64,000 nt of DNA, from assembly GCA_036172245.1 (NCBI GenBank), contig JAYWIR010000022.1, positions 992,001-1,056,000 on the forward strand, read 5' to 3'. Position numbers and translations under genes: made by a program. Source of the stretch: Raillietiella orientalis (Eukaryota). The notes under the pieces were generated by a model, which did not search any database, was not told the origin of the DNA, and saw only the letters and a list, made by a program, of their open reading frames with translations. This document shows positions 1 to 12,450 of the stretch, piece after piece. Within the stretch, counting starts at the first letter, position 1. Each line of letters starts with the position of its first letter.

Positions 1-1479
1 TTCTGACGGTGCGCTTAGCCTTCCAAGAGCTGGACAAAAAAGCTTCAGTCAGGCAGGGATGCCAGTGACCGATGGTACACCAGACTAGGTGATCGCAATC
101 TTTCCTTACACAATCGTCCAGTTATCTCCGAAGTAATGTTTCATCTTCCCAGGAGGATATCTGAGGGAAACAATTATCATCTGGAGTCTGCAGCTCGTAG
201 ACCGAATAAGATAAAGGAGCCTTCCCATTGAGATGACTTCCAGGTGATAAGGATCACCATGTTTTTTGTATTCCCTACCAGAAGCTAGACAGTTTCAGTA
301 ACGCAATTTGATGGATGCAAGTAGAGTCTTTTCCTAACATTCTCCAGAATCTAAGTTTCGCGTGATGAGGAAGCAATACTTCCCTAGTGCGATGCAAGAC
401 TCTTAATCCTCTTTCTCTCCATCCGCTACTCTACCTATAGGGTCTAAAGAGACCGGTAGTTATTTGAAGAATTTAGGAAAATCTTGCAAACTTCCTTTTC
501 GACGCATAATTTTCATTAGAAACGTCTCTTTCTCAGAAGACTTCTGCGTCTTCTTCAGTCCTAGGTTACATCAGGGTCTTCGAGCTGAGGAGGAAGACAA
601 GGGCATCTGCGGATCGAGATGGATAAGGCTCTGCTGCAGTCTAAGACCACCATAAGCGGAATTTGCGTTCTGTTAGATGCAAATAAGAAACGGATATGCT
701 AGTGGTCTCAATTTCGTTTCCCCACGTCTGGAAACAGCGGCCAAACAACAAGTTTCCGGGAGAAACAGATTCAAGGACGAAGAGATTGGGCCGCAACTCT
801 GCGCTGAAAAATGAGAGAAAAGTGCTGTGCTAGTGGACTCTAGGCTTGATTTCTCTTTCCGTAGATCACGAAGCTAACAGTGCTCATGTAGTTTCCTTTC
901 TGGCACTGAAGTTTCATCAAGTTAAAGTGGATCAAGAAGAGCGCGAACCTGGAAATGAAATCGGAGGAGACGTGCGGAATAAACAAGTATGATGCTTCAC
1001 ATCACAGTCTGCTTCGAGAGATGGAGACAGAGATTGCCATTGCAAGGGGGAATGAGAGGACGAGACAAGCTTGCCTTCATGCTCTTCCTGGATATGCAAA
1101 AGCGGTCTGCAGGCGATGGAGATCGCAAATGGCTCCTCCAGGTGGGGCTTTTGGATCAGGATGTTGTGGTGAAGGGACAGATAGAAGCATTTTATTTCAC
1201 CTACAGGGTCTTGCGCTAAAGAAAAAAGAATGAAGAAGTCAATGAATCTTTCTCAAAGAAACACAAATCATTTGCTTTTTTTTCTCGCACCTGATAAGTG
1301 CACGCCTGAAGTCCAAAGTGACTTCCGTTCCAAACTTTGATTGATTGAAAGGGAGGATCCGTGCATGTGTGTGAGCACGTCTGCCACTCTCAAGAGATAA
1401 CCTCGCAATTTTTCAGAAAAGTTGTGTTGATAAACCACAGGGCATCGCACAGCAGTGCCATTCTCTTCCGTGCTAGAGA

Positions 1480-1602
1480 TGTGGCTGCTGAGAAACGGTT
1501 AGCGTTTTTACAGTGAGTGACTGGTTCGAGATACCCGCAACGGTTTCGCACCGTTAAATCAAGGAGTTCTCCCCTCTCCCCCTCCAGAAAAAAAAAAAAA
1601 AA
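1480..1602 (+). mobile_element. Possible degenerate tRNA-derived SINE with poly(A) tail
   Basis: A-box-like tggctgctgagaaacggttagcg, B-box-like ggttcgagatacc, then an A15 run ending at 1602. Confidence 0.3.
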
Positions 1603-4600
1603 GGCGTATCCGGTTTGATCTTGTAAGACAAGTTTGATTGCTCACCATTTTCTTCGAGCCTCCAGGAAGAACTGCTGCCTTACATTTCCAACTGGCAGAT
1701 AAGAGCACTTCACGAGCCAGAGTGATGACAACCCAGAAATATGAAACGAGAAAACCGGAATTTCGTAATGAAAGAGGGAAGCTGCAGCATCATATTTCGA
1801 AGGAGATGCCAAGGTATGGTGATTCCAATACTGGATGACAGAAAGACTTTATTTTGTTCCACTAGCGCCCCATAGGGTTCCATGGTACCAGCCGCGATAC
1901 CTGATGCCATGCCAGACACAGAACGGGAAGAACGACAACCAAAATAATTAAAAGCACTGCTCTCAGTAAAATTGTACCATCGGAAAGCAAATAATCAACA
2001 GATGGTCAGCAAGCGGACTGAAAACACAGCAACGAACAAAAACTGGTAAAAGCCAACGTTCTCTGCATTGATGTTTTCCTTTATTGCCCTTTGTACGAAT
2101 GTTACCATGCCATGACCAATCACAGATGCAAAGAGAATTCAGACTTCCTGATGGAATTTGTAGAACGAAACTTCCAGTGTAAGTGTCTGAGCATTTTCGA
2201 GATTAATGGACCAGTGGAGATGTCCAGAAGAACATGATCACGGAGGTAGGATTTGGAGCGAAGAATCTCAAAGAGAACACAAGAAAACGGTTCAAACTGA
2301 AGAAGAAGAGGTGCGGTTGACTGTAGGTCCGTTCCACTACAGCTTCACTACAGCTTGCACAAAGCCACTGACTGTTGCTCACACAGAAATTCGCTTCTAC
2401 AAAGAGTTTCATGGGAAGCTGTACCCTCATAATCCGATTATAAGGGACAACAAACAAGCAGAAGATTTAGGCAAGTATCGATTTCTTGAACAGCTCGCAT
2501 CTCTTTCTCCTTCCCTCATGTGTGACCTGGAAGCGGGACGAAGAGCTCTGGAGGAATTTACATCTTGGACCTGGGCTGTGGGTAGTGACACAAGGGTCTG
2601 CACGCCCGTCTTTAAAAGAATGTGATGGCTCGACAGAACGATTCGGAATCGTGTATTTGCAATTATAGGTCTCAGATAACTGCTCTCCTCAGAAGTATGC
2701 TTGAGGAAATAGAGGGGGTGCTGATCAAGCAGTTCTACAGTCAATCAGGCAGTGAAGATGGCAGATTTCTCGAAGCAATGTTGTTCACAAAAGACAATTG
2801 TTTCTTCCTTTTAGCTTCTCATTCTGAGAGCTTGGTTAGTTTTGCACTCCTTTTCAACAAGACATCTCTTGGGAAAAAATTTTGAGGAGGAGGGGGGAGG
2901 GGAGTTGCAGGCTGCTGAAAAAGGCCACGGGAATTTCTGGAGAAACCATGCGTACTGGGTGTGTGCACCTGTGAGCTTCAACTTATTTTGCTTCGAAGGT
3001 CTGTTAACATCGCATCTATGTCTCCTATGTGCTTGTCACCGAAGCGATGTCTTCCGCATCTGCGGATGCAAGCTTCGCATCCTTCCATTTCAACACCTCC
3101 TTCCTGGAAGACAGGTTCTCTCTTTCGTATCGTATCGTCGAACTCTCATCTGTCCTCATTGTCATTGGTCACCTCAAAGACTCACTTCTGCAGGTAGGCT
3201 TTGCTCCTTCACGGACTACAACCTGCGGAAATGAGCGCGCAACTTTGCAATAAGGATGAAAGCTGGAGAATCGATAGTTGCAGGCGTGTTTTGTTCCATG
3301 TGGAGGAAGAATCAAGTAAGGCGAACGGTTTATGGAGCTTCCTCGAAATTCTGGATAGAGAGGTTGGCAGATCGACTTCCCTCTGGCACTTGTTATTCCG
3401 GAGACCTGTCATCTCCTCTCCTGGAGGTGGCGTCCCTCAGGAATTTCGAGAGATTTCCTGGCTGGTTTTTGCTGAAAACAAAAGCAGTTAATTTCTATGA
3501 GTGCCATCCTTCGGTGTGCACCTGCAAGTGTGTGGCACGAGGATCGAGCGTATCTTGCGACTTAGCAGAGTCTCATTTTCAAGAGAATAAGTCTTCGACA
3601 GCTGTCGGTCTTCCGTGGCATCCCCGAAGAACGAATTTTCGTTTCCTTTAAACCCAGCTCTGTCCAACATGCTGAGCGCGAGTTTTCCGAGAACTTAAAG
3701 TTTAAATCGAGGCTGAGGGCGCTTTTTGTAGGTAAGTCAAGGTAGCAAGAAGTAGAACGATAGATAAAATAGGGACGTCATATATAACTGAACATTATAG
3801 AGTGAATACGTCCTGAGAGTACTCCACCATTACAAATCTATCGTGGAAATGTTTACTTTAGATTTATCTTTAAATGCTCGTAGCATTTGTGCAAAATTAA
3901 TCATAAAGCACTAATAAAAGTACCCCCTTCGCGCTCTACCACATGTTCATGGTTTACATTTGAGAAATTCTTGCTGTATTTCGATACTCGGGATCTCTTA
4001 CTTCGGTGAAGCATCTATCTTCAACCTGAAACTAGTCGCCATCAAACCACTCACAAAGTAATCCTTGCAGCCATTCCATCATTTCTTCCTGCTCCAAGTA
4101 AAAATCCATCGTCTTCCCCCACTTTTCAGATCTTCCTAGTGTCTCCGGACATCGCCGCATATTGATTTCCCACGGTGTATAACGGTCCCAAAAGTGATCT
4201 TCCAGCCTCCAACTCACCCCCCTTTCAATGGCTTCAATGAAAATCATCCACTTACATCGACAGATTAAAAAATGATAATAATTTGCCACATCAGCCTGCT
4301 CACACTCTCTCAGGTTTCTGGAACCCGGGACGCACCCAGCTAGTGCCGGCAGCATCCATGCATCGTGCTCTCTATCACGAAGCCAACAAACAGCGAAACA
4401 TGAGACTCTTTCGCTTCATTCAGACTGCAGCATCCCTACTGTGCTCCTTCTTATCTACACATTTTGCTTAGTTGAGAGCGCCAGTATTTTCGCGCCGCCG
4501 GGCTTCTGAAGGTGCTTCCACGATGTCTTGGCAACACACTCCGCCACTTCGACGGAAAACCGAAGAATTTTTCGGGCTTCCTTTCTGGAGACTCGCAAAA

Positions 4601-4959
4601 TTACAATGGGAACAAGGAGATCTGTGCACATGTCAGGGTGGCGAACCAGGTAGCAAATCTCTTCTGGAAGGGGTTTGTGGGGGCTTGTTTCCGCGGAAAC
4701 GGGGACTGCACAAGCCAGCCTGGAGTGCGAGGACACCGAACATCAAGTACACCGTTGAAAATCTACGGTGAAGAAATCCTCCGATGGAGCACGGCAAGCC
4801 CCCAGAGAGTGATTTCCAGCAGCAGCGTCGAATCTTGGCGTTGGTCTCGCAAGAAAGAGCCTCTTTGCGCGCCGTCGAAGGCAGCGGCTTTCCTACCCCT
4901 GGCACCAAAACGTGGCCATCGGTTCGGCTCATTTTTTACTCCTCGGGGCTCGCAGAGGT

Positions 4960-5300
4960 GCTCTTGGCATTCCGCAGCTTGAGGAAGATCAGCACCAGAG
5001 ACTAACGACTTTACTTCAGACCAAAAGGCAAGGAGATCGAAATCCTTCCATCTCGCAGAAATTAGCCGAATCTTCTCATTCAATCATGCAGATGAGAGCG
5101 GGAGGCATCTCTGGGCAGGGAGGAATGGGGAAGGGGATGGAAGAGAGATGGGGAACCCAGATTCTCCGGTCAATATTTACACTCGGATCTGAAAATTGAA
5201 TTACGCGGAAGGACCGAAGAGCAGCAGCAGTTCTTGCGAAGTATCGGAAGGCGGCTTTATACTCTTGCAGTAAAAAGTCCTTCGGAGAGCCGTAAATCCT
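4960..5300 (-). mobile_element. Possible hAT transposase C-terminal (dimerisation) relic
   Basis: EYKAAFRYF..IQFSDPS and DLLAFWSEVKSL resemble hAT C-terminal segments. Confidence 0.3.
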
Positions 5301-5439
5301 CAAGACATCGACAAGACAACACAACTGCGAGAGAGAGAAGCAGGAAGGAAGAAGAAGCGCGGAAGGATTCCAGAAAAAAAGCGGATTATCTTGGCTGCGC
5401 TCAGCAGGACAAGCAGAGAGGGTAATAAAATCAATGGAG

Positions 5440-5730
5440 TGACGCAAGCGTCTAGCAACGCGGAACTGCAATACCTGCGATGTGAACGGCCGCATCTCAG
5501 TGCGGAACATCAGGAAAGAGCGAAAGCAGAAGAAGAAGAAAGGGGAAAAAGGGGGAAAATAAATGGAGATGGAATGGACCTCGGAAGAAACCACCACGCT
5601 CATCGCTTCGATTCGGAACTACGGGTCGATGGATACATCGGATGCTTAGACGGGGACACGAATCCCAGGAGTCTCTGGCGCCAGCCGTGGGCGAGAGAAG
5701 CGGGCGGAGGAATGCGGGTTCTGCCACCTT
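5440..5730 (+). mobile_element. LINE APE endonuclease relic
   Basis: ELQYLRCERPHL..DSELRVDGY..AGGGMRVL (cf. DSEL.IPGY..R.DR..GGGV). Confidence 0.35.
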
Positions 5731-8700
5731 GACAGCTGAAGCGGAGAACTCTTCCGCTGAGGATTAAAAACCCAGTTTCTCGGCAGAGGGAGGGTTCATG
5801 CAACCTGCTGGGAGGCATGCTCCCTGTGGACGCCACAGGGCGGGCGAGAGGCGCCTCCCTTTCTACGGAAGATGCGGCATTTGCTCACAGTCCTGCTTGA
5901 ATCAGGTGGTGGCTCTGATTTGCTCCTCCTAAGAATAAGAGGAAGAAATTGCAGTGCCTTTTTTTCCCTTTCTCCTGCTGAAGCAGGCACGGGCGTCCTT
6001 TGGCTGGCAAGTGATTCCCTTCTGAGAGAACGGCTGCCCTTCATCTCCTGCACTTGCACCCGCTTGCCGTCCGGATTGAGTAGACGGGTCTCCTCCTCCG
6101 GCCTGCCCGGTGACTCTCGCCCTTTTCCTGAAGCCAGAGGGCAAATTCGCCCGGTAGAGTGTAGGTAGCAGAACGGGACCGGGCCGCATGGCTAAACCCG
6201 ACCATGTCAGCGACTATCGTTCGAAGGAAAATGAGGATGGTGTGGGTTGGGGAGGGGGGGATCGTTTTTAGATGGGGGCAGCCGGAAACGATAGCATCAG
6301 CATCAGCAGGCTGGTGAGTGTTTCAGCAGCAGTGGAAGCGGTAGAGCAGTGGTAGTCTGTTCAAAAAGGACCGAAAAAGACGCTGAGGCAAAGAGAAAGG
6401 AGAATGGAAAGGAGGAAGGAAGTCATGAAGGAGGGAAAGGAGGAGGAGGAGGAGGAGGAAAAATGGACCCGTGAAGACGCTTTTCTCTTCCGCCCTATGG
6501 CCTCGCAGAAGACGATTCGCCGTCTCCAGCCGTGACTCAACCAGAAACCCGTTCCCTTGAGTGGTTCTCAAGAGGCCTCAAGACCACAAGGAGGGGAAGC
6601 CGATGCAGCGTAGGTGCGGCGATAGGAGGAGCAGCTGGAAGGGTGGTCTTTGCTTGTGACAATCTCGTGGCAGACGACGGAAGGGCATCGTGCAATGGTG
6701 CTTGGAGGATTCAGCTTCTCGAAGAGGAAGCGGAGCTCGAGGCTGCTGAAAGAGGGGAAAGAGAAAAAAGGATGGAAGGGACCTCCTCAAAGAGGGCCTC
6801 CCCGTAGAGAAGATACGGGGAAAAACAAAGTGCTCACAAGCTGAAGAAGTGCATCTACGAGAAATAGGAATGTTCTCGAGGACCCCTAAACTTTGTCGGT
6901 CAGAGGAGGGCTGTTCGTCAGTCACACCGCCAGCACGTAAGACATGGCAGCGGAGCTGCTCCCTAAGGTTGCGAGGCTGAGATTATAGGAGCAGGAGGAC
7001 TCTTCGCTCTCTCCCTGGTCTTCCCTTCTTCCGGATGGAGAGGTTCTGATATTCTTGAGCAAAAGCTCTCGTCCCGGATTTCCTCCGCCTTCTGGTGCGC
7101 AAGAAGCTCATCGGAAAACGTCTGTGAAGATGCTGCGTTTGAATCCAGAGGATGTGAAGAGAAAAAGAAAAAAGAAAAGAAACGAGAAAGCGAAGGACAA
7201 GGATTCTTTCGTTTTGACCTTGGGGGTGGGTGGGTGAGGGAATGGAGGAAGACAAGCGAGAGTAGAAAGGAGTCACTCTTCGGACGTCGGAAAATCTTCC
7301 TCACGCGTGAGCCGGGTAACAGTTCCAGGAGGACGCACTGGATGGCGCTATTCGAGCTCGGCACAGGCGCGCGGGCGCTTCGACTCGAGGCCCAGTGGCG
7401 CATTTCATAGCCACCTGGACATGATAGAAGCTTCCTGAAGTTCGAAGACAGCCGCTGCGGGTTCCTGCAGGGAAACGGGGAGTTTGCTACGGAATTCCTC
7501 TTTCCCAGGAATATGCTCAGGAGCTGTTTCCAGTGCGCCCGGACGCATCTCGAGGTCATCTACAAAGGGAAAAGAAGACGACGGAAGTACCGGTAGAGGT
7601 CCATAGGTCAGCTCTGCCGACTGGAGTCGCGTCGCCTGCGGAACCAGCTGTAGCTGGAGCCACCGTTCGAGGATGAAAAGGTAGCCAGGGCCGCGGAAGG
7701 TGACGGCCGGTGCAGCGACGGACATTCCTGGACTGCAGGAGAAAGCACTTCGGCTCTTACGCCGCAGGAGGCGGGCCCAGAGGCTGGATCGCCCGAGGAT
7801 ATCGGATCAGCACGAGGTAGGAACACTCCTGAGCTTTGCGCGCGGAAGGCTGGGGCTGGAAGAGACATCTGCTTATCCTCAACGCGAAATTTCAAACCTG
7901 AGCTCAGCCTCTGACCTCGCGGAAGAGGCACATTTCAGCACGTCCTCCCTCTGCACCCTGAGCAAGTCGGCAGCATCCTGAGCAATCTGGGCTTGCTGAT
8001 ACAGCGTAGGGATTTAAAAGTGCTCGGTCCAGGCCAGGAACAGGAAGGTACATGGAACGAAGCAGAGCAACCCCTGCCGATTCAAAACGAGACGGGGGCT
8101 CAGGGTGGGGACTCAGACTCTTCTCCCTTCCTTCCCGAGAACGCGAACCACTTTGCCTTATAGAGATGCGGCGGAAATCCTTAGCATCAGGAGTAAAAAC
8201 AAACAGCAGTTTCCTCCTTAACTGCAACAACAGGAACAGGATCCTCTGCGTTGGAAGAGCTCTGCTTTCTTGGGTCACGGGAGTTCTGAGTTGAAGAACT
8301 TTCATCTTGATCTGCCATGGACCTATAGCCACTCAGTCGAAGCATCTTGAGGGACTCTTGCAACTGCTCTTTGTCATAGGTAGAGACGAGGGTGCTCGAG
8401 AACGTATGCCCTGACCAAGGATGCACCAGTGACGAGTTAGATTCTACGAAGGGATGGAATGAGAACCATAGGAGGCAGGGAATGGGATTCGAGGCGAGTT
8501 CATCGTCTCCTTCTCGTCTACCTGAGACCTCACTCTCTTCGCTCGGTAGCCGTACTGAAGCATCAATCCTCTTGCTTCCCTCCTCCATCCGTCCCGAGGC
8601 TGCTGAGTCCAGCTGATGCTGAGGGCGTTGCCACCTGTTTGGTGAGGTGAGGTGAGGGAAGGGGTAGGAGACTCGCTGGTCGAGAATGTTTGAGACGGTA

Positions 8701-8849
8701 GCTAGGAGAGCGAACATCCCGCCCCACTCCCATCCGATGGGACCGCTGAGCACGATATCTCAGCTCAGAGGAAAAACCGGGAAGAAAAGGCACCAGAAGA
8801 GGCTTTGGAGAGACAAAGAGTCCGTCCTCTCTAATCGGAGAGTCCCTTC

Positions 8850-11490
8850 CTCTTTTCATTGCCCTCTATATAGATCCTAGAGTCCTTCCCTATCCCACTC
8901 TGCTCGTCCTCCTCCCTTTCACAGCCTTGCGCACTTCGTCAAATGAACTTCTTTCTCAAGTGTGCCTCACTCACTCCCATGTGCTCTCTTCAATCGGGCA
9001 TCCCGTTTCTGAAAGTAAGCCACCAAACTCCACCCCAATTCCTTCATCAGAAGATCACTCAGAGGCTCTTAGGAGGCGATTCCAGCATCGCGTTGGTCCG
9101 ATCGGATCCTGAACATTGCGCTCTGATCAGTCTTGCTGCAGTCTCCATGGAAATCGAGTTTCCAACACACATGCGCGCGCATGCGTGGACTACATTACAC
9201 TTCTCGAGGAAAATATGGGGAGGTATCTCCCTCCTCTTCCTTTTTCCAGGAGTACTTTTGCCAGAAGGCTTGCTGCAGAATCGGAGGGAATTGTGTCACA
9301 GATCTTCTTCCAAAGGGCTTCCACTTCCCTGATCGAAGGGGGATCACTGCTCCCCTTAGCCTCATTCCTGAAAGAGTTCCTCCATTTCTCGTCCAAGACT
9401 CCACCGCTTGAAGACAGGAGGGTAGATAGATCATGCGGGGCAGGAGCTCCTGGCGACGCAAGGTTCCGTACCTAGGGACAGTCTCCTGAACTGTCAGGGA
9501 ACTTTTCCAGGATACTCACGTCCCGCCGAGAGGGTCGCCTTTCTCTGCGGCCGTAGTTGCTCGCCAGAGGAGAGTCACAGCGAGCAAACGAGAAATCATC
9601 TTTCCGTATTCCATGGTAACCCTGAGGAGGAGAAGGAGTCTTCCTCAATGAAAGAGAAGAGCACCTGAAAATGCGTCGTTCCCTCCAGCAGGAGTGGGAG
9701 AAGAGGGTGTCAATATGGAAGGGATAAAGGGTTCAGGAAGAGGAGAAGGAGGGGAAAGAAGGGAGAGCAGGTGATTTCATATCGTTGGAAGATTCCCTCC
9801 TGTTCTTTTTATAATAGAATGGAGATCTAAAAGTCCACTCTCCCAGAGTTCTTCCGAGGTTCTTTCGGAAGCTCTCGAGAGACGATCCTGAGAGCTTATG
9901 AGCGTGCGGCACTGAGTCCCCTAGATCCCTAGTGTGCAGACAGCTTCCTACCGCTCCAACCATCTCTTCGTGCATATCTGAAGTCGGAAAGATAGGGGGA
10001 AACAGGAAAGGGATATTTCCAGTCGGATTCCGAAGGCTTTCGTGACTGAAAGGATTTGGAGTTGCAGGCTCCCTTTGCGATGGGCAGACTCCGGACTCGC
10101 AATCCGTCCGCTGGGAAGGAGCTCCTTCTTTGTAGCTCCTGTACAGTCTCGAAGATCTCGATCCGTCTTCCTGGCGCAGTTGGGGAATTCAAGTGGCAGC
10201 AGCGATGCTGGTTTGATCCTCTTGCTGCTTAGGAAACGCAACCCAGCCTCACACATGAACATCCAGGGTGCCGTGTTGATCGTCGACCTATCCGTGTCTG
10301 GTTATCCTCTATTTCTCAGAGGAGTTTCTCGAAGTCTCGGGGCTGTTCTAATCTCGATCCTTCTCAACGGAATGGAAGGGAGCTAAGGGAATAGCACGTG
10401 ATCCAGTGTGGAAGAGGGAACGGGAGTCCACCTTTAGGGATAAATTCCGCTGGAGTGGCTGCTCTATGAATCCGTGAGCTGGAATGGCTCTTCCCTATTC
10501 TCACACACGGGGTTCTCCTATTGCATTTTCACGGGGGGCTAAGAGTCTTGCCATTCAGGCACCCTGCTCGCGGAAGCTTGTAGGTCTGCTGTCATGGAAA
10601 TACCTCAGACATGAGCCATACTGGGCAACAGTGAGTACAGTGCCGCTTTTCTTCTTGACCCTTGAAGCCAGAGGTTCAAGGTTTTCTACACGAATTCGAA
10701 TTCAAGAGAGGAGGTTCAAAGCGGAGAGCACATAACAGGTGTTCGCAAGACACTCGTTCCTCCAGAGATGCTGTGTGCTTCTGCACGGTGCTACAACAGT
10801 TCAGGATCCTCGCGCGAGATGTAGAAAGTTATCAGGAGGGATGAGGTCAGCAGAGCAAAAGGTTCCACTCCACATCCGCTGTGAGGAAACCACGTTGACC
10901 CGCGACAGTCAGAGGTCGGCAAGTAGCGTCCAGTTCGAGAACTGAATGATGCACCAGCTTTCGGAAAACCGAAGACGTTCCGTCTCCTTCCTGCTCCCCT
11001 CTTTCTCCTCCTTTCCAGTCTCTGGAGGAATTCGTAGCTGTAAGAGGAGGTTTCCTTTCTTCGTCCCAAGGATGTCTTCTTTCGTCTGCCCTGCCCCACT
11101 ACTTCGAAAACCATAACGATGCATGCTCCATGGAAGAAATCTCAACTACTGGGAATCAGGCTTCACACTGGGTTGGACTTTTCATGGAAGCACTGTTTTT
11201 TAGGTTTTAGGGTGGATCCAGCTTCCTTTGGAAGACTTCGAAATCCCGGATTTCTGCGATGTCTCGGAAAAAGATGCACTTTTCTGCCAGGCTGTTTCCC
11301 CTCTGAATACACAGAAATGCATCTTGTCAGGGAAAAGGGACGAGAGGAATGTTGCAGCGCTGATTGAGGGTGGAGATCTTCTCCCTTCAGGGGTTGTTAC
11401 CCTACCGTGGAGCTATTGCGGTAAAATCGCAACACTTCAAGAGTTATCATTCAAAGGCCACATGCGGTTAATTCCCTCAAGTTCCTGATG
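8850..11490 (+). mobile_element. Degraded CR1/L2-like LINE ORF2 (endonuclease and reverse transcriptase), possibly more than one copy
   Basis: Motif relics in the expected order across frames: LYRS, LLGGDSSI, IEFPTH/CVDYI (APE endonuclease); Q.GFR near 10020, AVLIVDLS, GVSRSLGAVLISILLN (cf. GVPQGSVLGPLLFLIYIN), WKYL, LNTQKC, LSFKGHM. Confidence 0.5.
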
Positions 11491-11744
11491 GCAGCTGTTT
11501 CTCGTTCATTTGCTGATCCTCTGTCCGTCTTCTGCATCCGAATAGAAAGTATCTTTCCTGCTGCATATGCGTAGATGCAATAAGTGGATCTGAAAGGAGA
11601 AAGTTTTCTGACAATACAAATAATCGCAAGAAGAACGTGTATGGAAAGAAAAGGAGGAGGATAAGTAAGGAGTACTTGTTGAATCTTCCATGGGAAAGAA
11701 TCGACGGAAAGGAATTATGTCTGGGTTACTAAATATAGCGTTCT

Positions 11745-11852
11745 TAATGCTTTCCAGAAGATGTGGAAGAAGCTCTGGCAGGCCACGCGCGACGAGAGCC
11801 ACGTGAATTCGCTTTTGCATGAGCAGCAACCGGAACAATCCAGATGCAGCCA
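11745..11852 (-). pseudogene. Degenerate FYVE zinc-finger fragment
   Basis: W..CCSCKSEFTWLSSRVACQSFFHIFWKAL keeps FYVE spacing (W..CxxCxxxFxxxxR(R/K)HHCRxCGxIFCxxC) but has lost the HH pair and three cysteines. Confidence 0.45.
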
Positions 11853-12249
11853 AGTGCGATTCTCCATTGGACCTCCTCCCACTGTGGTATCCATGGTGGG
11901 AGCTGCATCCCTGAATCCGCCGCGCGCTGCAGATACACCTGTCGGTTCGGTTCGGCGAATCCCAGCTTCCGGCCGCAAAATGCAAGAGACATCGAGGCAG
12001 CCATAGACATAGACGACGATTCGCCCCTAAAGTGTTCCCAGCAAGACGTGCTGCTCCCATTTAGTGCAGAGCTGGAAAGGAAGATCTGTTTACAAAACGA
12101 AACCCGGAGAAGGTGGCCTCTGGATCGCTTCTCTTCTCTTTCCCTCCTCGGGGAATTTTTTCCTCATTGTGCCTCATACATAGGTAAAAAATGATGTGCC
12201 AACCCCGGTCTGGACGGAAAGCTGCGGACGCCTTCGTCCAGTGGGCGGT

Positions 12250-12450
12250 GAAGGATACAGATGTGTTTGGCGTTTACAATGTGCGAAGTGCACGTGAACT
12301 TGCGGGAGTAGCACGACGCACGGAGTTTTGCTTCTTTAGAGATGCTGAAGCTGCTTCCCTGAATCGTGAGGAAGGACACAGAGCAATGGATTCTCATCAG
12401 AAGGTTTTTCTGGGTATGGCTCCCTTAGGTTTCTCTGGAATGCTTTTAGT
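12250..12450 (+). mobile_element. RTE-like endonuclease N-terminus relic
   Basis: FGVYNVRSAREL.. (cf. iGTWNVRtl). Confidence 0.3.

Noticed and set aside
2206..2625. 139-aa ATG-initiated ORF with protein-like composition
   Set aside because: No recognisable family or splice support, so left uncalled.
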